Notes: a model not told the origin generated them from the letters alone. A stretch of DNA of 64,000 nucleotides from a virus (IMGVR_UViG_3300022848_000005); one strand, 5' to 3'; shown: positions 40,262 to 49,558, counted from the stretch's first letter. Numbers and translations are program-made.

Positions 40262-41090
40262 ACCTAGCAGCCTGGAGCTCATAGTACATGATTTTACCAA
40301 AGGGACACAGGGTAAAGTATTGCCTATATCTTGGTGGATTACAAACAAACGATTTCCTAGTGATACAACTAGAGTAGTCACAGCAGGTATACTAAGAGGT
40401 GGCGGAGACCTACTTAAAAAATTAAACACAACAAATATGCCGTACTATTATATAGATCATGCATATTTTAAGGCAGAGAGAGGTAGACCACCTGGGTGGA
40501 TGAAATGGATGCGAGTAACTGCAAATGGTTTTAACTGTACTAAGATAACAGATACAGATAGTACAAAATTTAATAAACTTTTTGATAGCACGTTTCAACT
40601 TAGTCCCTGGCGTAAAGATGGACAAACAATATTAATATTACCTCCGACTGATCCTGTAAAGTATGTGTTTGGATGCCATGGCTGGTTAGACAGTGTATTG
40701 ACAGCATTGCAAGGTAAAACATCTAGACAAATTGTAATAAGAACAAAGCCTGGCGAAGTATTGGTTGACGACACCGGAAAAGAAACAGGACGCACACCTT
40801 TCGATCCTGCACAACTTCCTTTAGATGCAGAACTAAGCAGAGCTCATTGTGTCATAGCCTATAATAGCTCAGTAACAATACAAGCCGCTATAAAGGGTAT
40901 ACCAGTAATATGTAGCGAACAGTGTTCAGCATACCCTATCAGTAATAACATGTCAGACATAGAGGATCTATTAGAATTTGATCGTTTGCCTTGGCTATAT
41001 AATCTATGCAACCACCAATTTGAAACACAAGAACTGCTAAGTGGTGACGCATATAGATACTTAGAAGCAGAAGAGGAACACAATGTATAA
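40233..41090 (+). CDS. KpsS-like protein, paralogue 3
   Basis: YIDHAYF...ILILPP...IRTKP...AHCVIAYNSS..IQAAIKGIPV. Confidence 0.55.
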   Translation: MIISFLPKNKPSSLELIVHDFTKGTQGKVLPISWWITNKRFPSDTTRVVTAGILRGGGDLLKKLNTTNMPYYYIDHAYFKAERGRPPGWMKWMRVTANGFNCTKITDTDSTKFNKLFDSTFQLSPWRKDGQTILILPPTDPVKYVFGCHGWLDSVLTALQGKTSRQIVIRTKPGEVLVDDTGKETGRTPFDPAQLPLDAELSRAHCVIAYNSSVTIQAAIKGIPVICSEQCSAYPISNNMSDIEDLLEFDRLPWLYNLCNHQFETQELLSGDAYRYLEAEEEHNV

Positions 41091-41128
41091 TTATAAAGAT
41101 AACGGATTAGTACTTAAACGGAGATAAT

Positions 41129-42286
41129 ATGAGATATCCATTAGCTTGTAGTACTTGGGATAATAAAGAACTAGAAGCAATTCAAGAAGTAATTAATACG
41201 GGTCGTTATACTATGGGTGCTCGTGTTAAACAATTTGAAAAAGAGTTTTGCGACTACTTTAAATGTGCCGACGCCGTGATGGTAAACAGCGGATCAACAG
41301 CAAATCTATTAATGTTGGCGTTATTGGCATTAAAGTACAATTTAAAAGGTGATATAATTGTGCCTGTGGTTAGTTGGTCAACAACATATTATCCATTACA
41401 ACAATATGGTTTCAAATTAAATTTTGTAGATATTGATAAAGATACGTTAAACATTGATCCTAGTAAAATAGAAAAAGCGATAACTAAAGATACTTGTGCT
41501 ATTTTTGCTGTTAATCTGTTAGGCAATTCTTGTGAGTATAAAAAACTTAATGAACTTGCAGAAAAACATAATTTATTATTGATAGAAGATAACTGTGAAA
41601 GTTTAGGTGCAATATCAGATACAGACGCTTACACCGGTACGATTGGTCTTATGGGCAGTTTTTCATTTTTCTTTAGTCATCATTTGCAAACTATGGAAGG
41701 TGGTATGATTGCTTGTCAAAGTAAAGATGACGCAGATTTCATTAGATCATTGAGAGCGCACGGCTGGTGTAGAGATTTACCAGACGATAGTAATATTTAC
41801 AAAAAAACAGGTGACAACTTTAAAGATAGTTTTACTTTTATTACACCAGGGTATAGTGTTAGACCATTAGAGATGAGTGGGGCAATAGGTAGTGTACAAC
41901 TTAAAAAATGGCCTGATATGAGAGAACAACGAGTTAAGAATGCAGATTACTTTAAAGAGAAGTTTAACGATTTTAAAGACGTTCAAATACAAAAAGAAGT
42001 AGGTAATTCTAGTTGGTTTGGATTCTCTATGGTGTTCAATGGAAATTTAACAGGTAAAAGAGATATCATTGTACAAAAATTCAAAGAAAACGAAATAGAG
42101 AGTAGACCAATTGTTGCAGGTAACTTTATGAAAAATCCTGTAATAGAATACCTTAACTATATAGATAATAAAGATTACACCGTTGCTGATTATATACACG
42201 ATAATGGATTGTTTATAGGTAATGATGTGAGAGATTTAACAGAAAATATTGATTTAGTTTACAATATAATAAAGGATATAAAATGA
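41129..42286 (+). CDS. colD: GDP-4-keto-6-deoxy-D-mannose 3-dehydratase (ColD-type, DegT fold)
   Basis: YPLA.STW N-terminus; FSHHLQTMEGG has His in place of the Schiff-base Lys, which is diagnostic of ColD; RAHGW.R.LP. Confidence 0.85.
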   Translation: MRYPLACSTWDNKELEAIQEVINTGRYTMGARVKQFEKEFCDYFKCADAVMVNSGSTANLLMLALLALKYNLKGDIIVPVVSWSTTYYPLQQYGFKLNFVDIDKDTLNIDPSKIEKAITKDTCAIFAVNLLGNSCEYKKLNELAEKHNLLLIEDNCESLGAISDTDAYTGTIGLMGSFSFFFSHHLQTMEGGMIACQSKDDADFIRSLRAHGWCRDLPDDSNIYKKTGDNFKDSFTFITPGYSVRPLEMSGAIGSVQLKKWPDMREQRVKNADYFKEKFNDFKDVQIQKEVGNSSWFGFSMVFNGNLTGKRDIIVQKFKENEIESRPIVAGNFMKNPVIEYLNYIDNKDYTVADYIHDNGLFIGNDVRDLTENIDLVYNIIKDIK

Positions 42287-43287
42287 AGACAGCATTGATA
42301 ACAGGTATAACAGGTCAAGACGGAAGTTATCTAGCAAAATCTTTATTGAATAAAGGTTATAAAGTATATGGTGGGCAGAGAAGAAGTACCACAAACAAAT
42401 ACTGGCGCTTAGATGAAATGGGTATTACAGATAATATTGAATTTGTAGAATTAGATTTAATAGATCAAGCAAACATTAGAAGAGCAATAGATGATACGAA
42501 ACCAGATGTAATTTACAATTTGGCGGCTCAATCATTTGTTGGATTATCTTTTGAACAACCTGAACTAGCTACCTTAGTTGATGGAGTGGGTGTACTGAGA
42601 ATGATAGAAAGTGTAAGACAAGTTAATCCTGATATTAAATTTTATCAAGCTTCTACTAGTGAGTTATATGGTAAAGTATTTGAAACGCCTCAAAAAGAAA
42701 CAACAAAGTTTTGGCCTAGATCACCTTATGGTGTAGCAAAGTTATTTGGTCACCACATAACAATTAACTATAGAGAAGCATATAACATATTTGCGTCAAC
42801 AGGTATTTTGTTTAACCACGAAAGTCCCATGAGGGGTGAAGATTTTGTTACAAGAAAAATATCTAAAGGTATTGCTCTATGGAAGAAAGAACAACGACCA
42901 ATTGTTTTAGGGAACATTTATGCTAAAAGAGATTGGGGCCACGCTGAAGATTTTGTTGAAGGTATGCAACTTATTATGAATCACACTAAAGCAGATGACT
43001 TTATTTTAGCAACAGGTGTGGTTAATACTGTAAAAGACTTTTTAGAAATGACACTAACGTATTTAAATATACAATATTACTGGAAAAATGATGAATGTTA
43101 TGAGAAAGATACAAATATACAAATATCTAAAACTGATAAAAAATATTTCAGACCTGCCGAAGTAGATATATTACAAGGTGATGCAACTAAAGCAAGAACT
43201 GAATTGGGTTGGACACATAAACACACAGCTCATAGTTTAATGATAGATATGGTTGATGCCGATATGAGAAGATATTGTGGAAAATAA
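42283..43287 (+). CDS. gmd: GDP-mannose 4,6-dehydratase
   Basis: TGITGQDGSYLA, YNLAAQSFV, YQASTSE, PRSPYGVAK, FNHESP.RG..FVTRKI, RDWGHA and RPAEVD. Confidence 0.97.
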   Translation: MKTALITGITGQDGSYLAKSLLNKGYKVYGGQRRSTTNKYWRLDEMGITDNIEFVELDLIDQANIRRAIDDTKPDVIYNLAAQSFVGLSFEQPELATLVDGVGVLRMIESVRQVNPDIKFYQASTSELYGKVFETPQKETTKFWPRSPYGVAKLFGHHITINYREAYNIFASTGILFNHESPMRGEDFVTRKISKGIALWKKEQRPIVLGNIYAKRDWGHAEDFVEGMQLIMNHTKADDFILATGVVNTVKDFLEMTLTYLNIQYYWKNDECYEKDTNIQISKTDKKYFRPAEVDILQGDATKARTELGWTHKHTAHSLMIDMVDADMRRYCGK

Positions 43288-44002
43288 AATATTTGTAACA
43301 ACTTTTAATAGAAGACTTTTTGATCAATATGCTCATCAACTGATTAGTAGCTATGTAGCAACTGAACAAAAGATACCTCTTTATGTTTTTGTTGAAGATG
43401 ATATTACCTATTATACTAATTTAGACAATGTACGTTATATTAAATTATTGGAAGAAGAACCTGATTTAAAAGATTTTACAGAAAGAAATAAAAGTAAAGA
43501 AGCTAATTCATTTACTTTTGATGCAGTAAGATTTTCATACAAAGTATATGCTCAAAACGCAGGAAGAAAATATGGAAATAAGATTTATTATGTGGATAGT
43601 GATTGTGTGTTCACAAAACAAATACCAGATGAATGGTTTGATGAGTGTTTGCCAGATGATAAATTTATTTCTTTTTACGATAGACCACATCAATATACTG
43701 AAACAGGATTTGTGGCATTCAATGAACGTAAAAAAGAAATCTCTAACGACTTCTTCAATCAATATACTAACTATTACAAAACAGATGAAGTGTATAAGTT
43801 AACAGCTTATACAGATTGTCATACACTAGACGCAACAAGAAATCATTTTAAAGATAATTTAAACTACTCAGAAAATATATTAGGCGATGGTAAAAACGGA
43901 CATATTATGGCTAGAGATAAGTTTCTTAATCCTTACATAGATCATAGAAAAGGTCCTAGAAAACAACAAGAGCATAGTCTAGAATGGATTCAGAATCAAT
44001 GA
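43277..44002 (+). CDS. Glycosyltransferase-like protein (DxD)
   Basis: DAVRFSYKV, YVDSD, ETGF, TDC and DHRKG.RK motifs. Confidence 0.65.
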   Translation: MENKIFVTTFNRRLFDQYAHQLISSYVATEQKIPLYVFVEDDITYYTNLDNVRYIKLLEEEPDLKDFTERNKSKEANSFTFDAVRFSYKVYAQNAGRKYGNKIYYVDSDCVFTKQIPDEWFDECLPDDKFISFYDRPHQYTETGFVAFNERKKEISNDFFNQYTNYYKTDEVYKLTAYTDCHTLDATRNHFKDNLNYSENILGDGKNGHIMARDKFLNPYIDHRKGPRKQQEHSLEWIQNQ

Positions 44003-44019
44003 AAGCAGGAAAAAGGTAA
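43999..44019 (+). pseudogene. Possible 5' stub (MKAGKR*) of a cupin gene at the right edge of the AT-rich cassette
   Basis: ATGA overlap; KAGK matches the start of the intact cupin at 45511 (MTTKAGKVWG). Confidence 0.35.
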
Positions 44020-44025
44020 AAAAGT

Positions 44026-44688
44026 ATGATTAATGTTTTTATAGGATACGACTCAAAGGAAAAGGCAGCGTTCAATGTCCTCAACTACAGTATACTTAAG
44101 AACAGTACCAAGCCTGTAAGTCTTACCCCGGTGTATCTGGAAAACATTAAAGATGACTTTGTAAGAGAACGCAATAACTTAAGCTCAACAGAATTCAGCG
44201 TAAGTAGATTTATTGTGCCACACTTAATGAACTACCAGGGCTGGGCACTGTTTATGGATTGCGACATGCTGATGACAGCAGACATTAATGAACTGTGGCG
44301 TCTGCGTGATGACCGTTATGCTGTACAAGTATGCAAACACGATTACGAGCCTAAACATAATAAAAAGTTTCTAGGACAAGTACAGACAACGTATGCAAAG
44401 AAAAACTGGTCAAGTTTTATGCTGTTAAACTGTAAGAAATGTCAAACTCTCACACCTGATTATGTTAATAAAGCAAGCGGGCTGGAACTTCACCAGTTTA
44501 AGTGGCTAGAGTCAGACGACTTAATAGGTGAGTTGCCTTTAGAATGGAACTGGTTATCGGACGAGTACGAACATAAAGATGCTGTTAAGTGTGTACACTA
44601 CACAGACGGCGGTCCCTGGTTTGAAGAATACAGACATTGTGATTATGGCGATGTTTGGTTTGACTACTACAGGGAAATTAGTCTATGA
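44026..44688 (+). CDS. GT8-like glycosyltransferase
   Basis: FIGYD..E, TEFS.SRF.VP, FMDCDML, KHDY, KNWSS, LPLEWN and HYT.GGPW. Confidence 0.8.
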   Translation: MINVFIGYDSKEKAAFNVLNYSILKNSTKPVSLTPVYLENIKDDFVRERNNLSSTEFSVSRFIVPHLMNYQGWALFMDCDMLMTADINELWRLRDDRYAVQVCKHDYEPKHNKKFLGQVQTTYAKKNWSSFMLLNCKKCQTLTPDYVNKASGLELHQFKWLESDDLIGELPLEWNWLSDEYEHKDAVKCVHYTDGGPWFEEYRHCDYGDVWFDYYREISL

Positions 44689-45530
44689 TTAGCACAGTTA
44701 CAGTAGTCTACGAACCTGAACTAGAATTACTGAAAACACAAGCACGGAGTTTTGACAACTATCTAGAAGACGTAGAAGATATTTTAGTAATAGAAAATGA
44801 CGATTGTCATTTAGGCATAGATCCGCAGTGGTGGGGTAGACACAGCGACCGAGTTAGAATTTTACGTAGAGAAGACATAGGCTACAAAGCACATGTTTCT
44901 ATTAACGGCAGAGAATCACAGCAGTTGTGTAAACTATTAGCACCAATGCAATCAACAGCAGAATGGTCAATATGGTTTGATGCTAAAACATTTTTAGTAA
45001 AACCCCTCAAGCCTAGCAGTTTATTCCGGGACAACAAATTTAGATCAAATCAAATGCCAGTGTTCGAACAGTTTAGTGAAGGTTTCGAAGTGTGTCAAAA
45101 ATTGTTAGGCTTTGCTCAAAAAGATCTGATATGGGTAGCACCAGGCGGCATGCCTTACCCAGTGAATAAAAAAGTTTTGCAAACACTAATAAGGTATGTT
45201 AAAATAACATCTAAAATGTCGTTTGTTGATTGGTTCGAAAAGTACAGTCAGTATCCGCACTTTGTGACAGAGATGATACTTTATAGTCAGTTTGTTAGAC
45301 CCGTGTTTACCTTGTATTACACTGACACTGAACCTACTTACAGGTGTGCAAATTTATCAGACTGGCAAATACCAGACATAGAGGACTTTTGGCAGAAACT
45401 TAACGATCCAAAAGTACTAACAGCAAGTATTAAAGCAGATGCTTATGATATTTTAGATATCGATCAACGTAAACAATGGCATACATATTTAGACTCAAAA
45501 GGATTACACTATGACCACAAAAGCTGGTAA
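44685..45530 (+). CDS. Putative glycosyltransferase-associated protein (GT-A-like)
   Basis: QQLCKL...WFDAKTFLVKP...TEMILYS; island context. Confidence 0.5.
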   Translation: MISTVTVVYEPELELLKTQARSFDNYLEDVEDILVIENDDCHLGIDPQWWGRHSDRVRILRREDIGYKAHVSINGRESQQLCKLLAPMQSTAEWSIWFDAKTFLVKPLKPSSLFRDNKFRSNQMPVFEQFSEGFEVCQKLLGFAQKDLIWVAPGGMPYPVNKKVLQTLIRYVKITSKMSFVDWFEKYSQYPHFVTEMILYSQFVRPVFTLYYTDTEPTYRCANLSDWQIPDIEDFWQKLNDPKVLTASIKADAYDILDIDQRKQWHTYLDSKGLHYDHKSW

Positions 45531-45864
45531 GGTTTGGGGAGTGTCAGAACTTATCCATGCAAATGGAGTTTTAGAATTCCATAGAATAGAAGCAAATGCA
45601 GGCAAGTTCTGTAGCAAACATCTACATAAAACAAAATGGAACGGCTTCTTTGTGGAAAGTGGCCGGTTATTAATTAGAGTATGGAAAAATAACTACGATT
45701 TAATAGACGAAACTGTGTTAGAAGTAGGAGACTTTACAGCAGTTAGTCCTGGAGAGTACCATCAATTTGAGGCATTAGAGGATACAGTAGCGTTTGAGTT
45801 ATATTGGGCTGAGTTCTCACATGGCGATATCGAAAGGGAAACTGTTGGCGGCTCAAAAGTTTAA
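45511..45864 (+). CDS. Cupin, mannose-6-phosphate/sugar isomerase-like
   Basis: KVWG.SE, CSKHLHKTKWNGF.VESG and PGEYHQF.A. Confidence 0.8.
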   Translation: MTTKAGKVWGVSELIHANGVLEFHRIEANAGKFCSKHLHKTKWNGFFVESGRLLIRVWKNNYDLIDETVLEVGDFTAVSPGEYHQFEALEDTVAFELYWAEFSHGDIERETVGGSKV

Positions 45865-46501
45865 CATAGTATGTGTTAGAGTAGGCGAAGCATATTCCTC
45901 AGAGTATGTGGATAGACTCTACGACATGATTAAGGCAAACTGCACCAAAGACTTTGACTTTTGGTGTATTACTGATTCGCCACACGATAACCCTAATATC
46001 AAGTTTTCAAAAATACAACCGTTAACCCCAAAGCCACGTTATATGTGGTGGTATAAGATGTATATGTTTAAATCGGATATCGGTTACACAGGTCCCACTT
46101 TTTACATAGACTTGGATGTTGTTATTGACAACTCTATAGACAAATTTTTAGAATCCTGGGACGACAGTTTTTGGATCTGTCAAGACTACAACAGGAGAGT
46201 AAAACCAGATTACCATGTTAGCAACAGTTCTGTAATGATGTTCGATCATGCCAAGTATACAAAGTACTGGGCTGAGTTTTATCAGAATCAAAAAGAAATA
46301 ATGCAGAAGTTTAGGGGAGATCAAGACTATCTCTCAGTTAAACTGAGAGAAGAAAATAAAAAGTGGTGGCCCTGGCACTGGACAATAAGCTATCGTTGGG
46401 AATACCTAGAAGGCAAAGCGCATCCTGACAATGCTATTGTGGTATTCCATGGCAATCCTAAGCCACACGAAGTTAACTGGGAGTTGGCAGATGTTAGCTA
46501 A
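45845..46501 (+). CDS. GT-A glycosyltransferase-like protein
   Basis: IVCV..G..Y..EYV..L, WW.K..MF, YIDLDVVI, NSSVM, GDQDY and FHG.PKP; probable TTG start after GAAAGGGA. Confidence 0.7.
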   Translation: MAAQKFNIVCVRVGEAYSSEYVDRLYDMIKANCTKDFDFWCITDSPHDNPNIKFSKIQPLTPKPRYMWWYKMYMFKSDIGYTGPTFYIDLDVVIDNSIDKFLESWDDSFWICQDYNRRVKPDYHVSNSSVMMFDHAKYTKYWAEFYQNQKEIMQKFRGDQDYLSVKLREENKKWWPWHWTISYRWEYLEGKAHPDNAIVVFHGNPKPHEVNWELADVS

Positions 46502-47339
46502 AGCAGACACCAAGTATGGTGAAATGCACTATTATAAAAATGATAAATTTATTGGTGCTAGTTTAGAGTTGTATGGTGAATACACAGGTTTAGAAATAGA
46601 TTACATTAAGCCTTACATACATGAAGACGATATTATCTTAGACGTCGGTGCAAACATAGGCACACATACAGTTGCGTATAGTAGTCTAGTGCCTGATGGT
46701 CAGGTAATAGCATTTGAACCTAATCAGAAAAATTACAACCTTTTAGTGCGCAACATTACGCACAACAACCTCACAAATGTACATGCTTTTCTAGGAGGTC
46801 TTTCTAATAGAGTAGGTCTAAGCACAGTTACCGACTTTGATCCCAACGAACCTGGAAATTACGGAACAATGACTGTGGGAAGTGGCACACAAGTTTGTTT
46901 TCTTAATAAATTAGATAATGTGTGCAACTTTAACAGACCCGTAAGGTTTATAAAAATAGATGTTGAAGGGGTAGAACCTAAGATTCTATTAGGAGGCAGG
47001 GATTTTATTGCACAGCACAAACCGGTAATACAATACGAGTGCATGACTAAAGAGGTTGCCCAGCCAATCGAACGTATATTTAAGAACTATTACCCTGGTT
47101 ACAACCTATACTGGATGCCAATCTTTAATTACAATGACACCAACCACAACAAAAATTCCAAGAACATATTTCTTAATAGTGGAGTTATGAATGTGTTAGC
47201 GGTACACACCCGTGACAAACAGCCTGACAACCTACAGCGTTACGACAGCTGGGAGGATAACATAGAAGTACGTAGTGAAGGCCTGCGCTTAAGTCAAAAC
47301 AAACTTATAATGAAAAAAACATATAACAAGTTTAAGTAG
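46491..47339 (+). CDS. FkbM-family methyltransferase
   Basis: LDVGANIGTH, AFEP..KN..LL and IKIDVEG.E..IL.G. Confidence 0.9.
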   Translation: MLAKADTKYGEMHYYKNDKFIGASLELYGEYTGLEIDYIKPYIHEDDIILDVGANIGTHTVAYSSLVPDGQVIAFEPNQKNYNLLVRNITHNNLTNVHAFLGGLSNRVGLSTVTDFDPNEPGNYGTMTVGSGTQVCFLNKLDNVCNFNRPVRFIKIDVEGVEPKILLGGRDFIAQHKPVIQYECMTKEVAQPIERIFKNYYPGYNLYWMPIFNYNDTNHNKNSKNIFLNSGVMNVLAVHTRDKQPDNLQRYDSWEDNIEVRSEGLRLSQNKLIMKKTYNKFK

Positions 47340-47342
47340 TAA

Positions 47343-48320
47343 CTAGCGTAAGTTACTGAGTTGTTGTTTAAACATTGTAATCAAGTAGTCTGAATACCCA
47401 TGTAAGAACCAATGGTAATTCCAAACACAAACCTCATGAGAGGTATAATACAATCCTTCAGCCTGACGTAAAGTCACAGGCAGATATGTCATAGCGGCTT
47501 GTCGCCGTCGAGAGTCAGGTAGCTCATCAAATAATAGTCCACCAAAACTGGTATAGGTTTTAAACCCTTGCGCTTCTAGATAACTCAATAGTTTCTGACT
47601 GCCTATCATAATAAAAGGTGTCATTGTAACAATAGCGTTATACGTTTTTTCAGTAATTATTCCTCGGTGTTCGTAATACTGGCTCTCACAGACAACGGCT
47701 ATCCAGGCATCCTGGTAGTTCTTGGCAATGCTTAACAAGTTTTCTGCATTATTGTAGTCGTAGTCTTGAAATGTTTTTCCAGGATACTTTAGTTCGATAC
47801 CACGTTGTTGTAGGCTAACATTCATCAGAGGGTTATTTTTAAGTTCATTAAATGTGTCTACCCTATGACGTTTAGCGATACGATTAGGAACCACAGCAAC
47901 AAAGTTGGGATTGTCTTTGGTAGCAACTTTTTGCATACGAGCCCAACAGTTTTTATAGTCCATAACAGTGTTATACTGCCAAGGACTAAACTCCACAACC
48001 TGTATACTGTCAGGGTGTGTGTCGTGCCATATACCAGCAACACCGTGATTCCACACCATAGCAACTACCTGTTTCATGTCGATTCCACGACCCTTGTAGT
48101 AATTGTGTATGGTGATTAATTCGTTAGGTATTACTGATCTGGACTTGAATGTTAGCATGTCCTGTAGTACAATAAACAGTCTAAAGTCAGGGTCAGCGAA
48201 GTCTATCTCTGGACGCTCTGGGAAGTCAACTGCCCAGCCGTCATCAGTAATGGGACCATATAGGGCACCACCGTGTACCCAGGTATGATCGACATAGGGT
48301 TTTATAATTTGATGTAACAC
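47343..48320 (-). CDS. Hypothetical glycosyltransferase-like protein
   Basis: ESQY...ITEKTY..I....PFI.IG....L.YL...GFKTY pattern; TAAATA 6 nt upstream. Confidence 0.5.
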   Translation of the reverse strand: MLHQIIKPYVDHTWVHGGALYGPITDDGWAVDFPERPEIDFADPDFRLFIVLQDMLTFKSRSVIPNELITIHNYYKGRGIDMKQVVAMVWNHGVAGIWHDTHPDSIQVVEFSPWQYNTVMDYKNCWARMQKVATKDNPNFVAVVPNRIAKRHRVDTFNELKNNPLMNVSLQQRGIELKYPGKTFQDYDYNNAENLLSIAKNYQDAWIAVVCESQYYEHRGIITEKTYNAIVTMTPFIMIGSQKLLSYLEAQGFKTYTSFGGLLFDELPDSRRRQAAMTYLPVTLRQAEGLYYTSHEVCVWNYHWFLHGYSDYLITMFKQQLSNLR

Positions 48321-48326
48321 AACTAT

Positions 48327-48341
48327 TATTTAATATAAATA
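48327..48341. promoter_or_regulatory. Back-to-back late promoters: TAAATA (minus, 48327-48332) and a perfect TATAAATA (plus, 48334-48341)
   Basis: Both lie in a 26-nt divergent gap; TATAAATA is the T4 late consensus. Confidence 0.8.
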
Positions 48342-48346
48342 CTATA

Positions 48347-49093
48347 ATGAGAGCATATCAATTTTTAACAGAAGGTCAAGGTGGATTAGCATACGAGGCG
48401 ACCGTATATGCCGCAATGCGAGCCGCTAAGATTAACGGTTTAGATTTAGGTGACAAGCCCACAGCAGGCTTTAGTAATCAAGGTTATGGTGATATCGAAG
48501 CAACATATAACGGTAAGCCTTTTAACATTGAAATCAAAGCCAGTGCATTCGATCAGATGGGAGGAACAAGTTTCCATTACAACATGGCTGGACAACAGTT
48601 AATTCCTGTAGGTCAGATAGAGCCTGATGAATTAGATATGTTGTTACAAGCCGCACAGACAAAAGCAGGCGATATAGATAACTTTCTTAAAGCCGCACAA
48701 GAATATGAAAATAATCCTAATATAACGGGGTTTCCTATTAGGGTCACTAAAGATACTAGAGAGAAACTAATAGCAGATGGCTTGCAAAAAGCAATAGCCA
48801 GTAATATTAGTGCTAAGTCTAGTTTTATTATAAAGCACTACAATAAAAAACAAGTGTATTATATACAAGTTGGTGGTTCTGGGCTATTTTACATGGGCAA
48901 GAATCCCCTTAAGTTGCCAGTACCAGAGCTACAAGGCGACATTAATATCGAATTAAGAGTAGGCTACGGTGGGTCAGGTGGTAAGCCCACAGTAACTGCT
49001 GGTATTAGACTGCAGGGTAGACTAAGAACTGAAAACGTTTCTAGTTTTACATTAGACGATCCAGGCAGTATCCAAGCATTATTCATGCAATAA
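48347..49093 (+). CDS. PD-(D/E)XK restriction-endonuclease-like late protein with a capsid-targeting-like leader
   Basis: MRAYQFLTE leader; G.AYE..V...GDIE.......IEIK catalytic pattern. Confidence 0.55.
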   Translation: MRAYQFLTEGQGGLAYEATVYAAMRAAKINGLDLGDKPTAGFSNQGYGDIEATYNGKPFNIEIKASAFDQMGGTSFHYNMAGQQLIPVGQIEPDELDMLLQAAQTKAGDIDNFLKAAQEYENNPNITGFPIRVTKDTREKLIADGLQKAIASNISAKSSFIIKHYNKKQVYYIQVGGSGLFYMGKNPLKLPVPELQGDINIELRVGYGGSGGKPTVTAGIRLQGRLRTENVSSFTLDDPGSIQALFMQ

Positions 49094-49144
49094 AATCAAC
49101 AACTTACAAACTGTGTTGACAACTTAACCGAGTGGCCTTATACT
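49094..49144 (+). promoter_or_regulatory. Sigma70 promoter (TTGACA-17-TATACT) with an upstream IHF-consensus site
   Basis: -35 at 49116, -10 at 49139; AATCAACAACTTA at 49094 fits WATCAANNNNTTR. Confidence 0.8.
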
Positions 49145-49174
49145 TATAACTGTGTCCAATAACAGGAGCAAGTT

Positions 49175-49558
49175 ATGAAAATTAGATTTATAGTAGGATT
49201 AACTCTGTTAACATTGCTGTTAACAGCAATGTATGCACATATGGCTCAAAGTGAAGAACCTTGGTGGATGTCATTTAGTCAGGAGTATAAACCTAACATT
49301 TTGTATCCGAAAATAGACCTAGAGGTTAAGGTTGTTGAAAATGCTGATGCAGAATGTAGTAAGTATGCTAAGGACATTAATTACGAGATAGAACATTGTG
49401 CCCTACAGTGGGAACCTCAAAACGGTGTACGTAAATGTACGTTAATAATGCAACGAGACAAAATTACTATGGGTGACTTCGGTCACGAATTAAGGCATTG
49501 TTTAGAAGGTGATTGGCACGATGCTAGACCCACAGAACGAATAAAACTAAAACGGTAA
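49175..49558 (+). CDS. Small exported protein with an HExxH motif
   Basis: Hydrophobic N-terminal signal; FGHELRHC; AGGAG SD. Confidence 0.6.
   Translation: MKIRFIVGLTLLTLLLTAMYAHMAQSEEPWWMSFSQEYKPNILYPKIDLEVKVVENADAECSKYAKDINYEIEHCALQWEPQNGVRKCTLIMQRDKITMGDFGHELRHCLEGDWHDARPTERIKLKR

Noticed and set aside
41083-41151. Mini-ORF MYNYKDNGLVL... at the left edge of the AT-rich cassette as a gene remnant
   Set aside because: It has an SD-like sequence but no recognisable family; too short to support.
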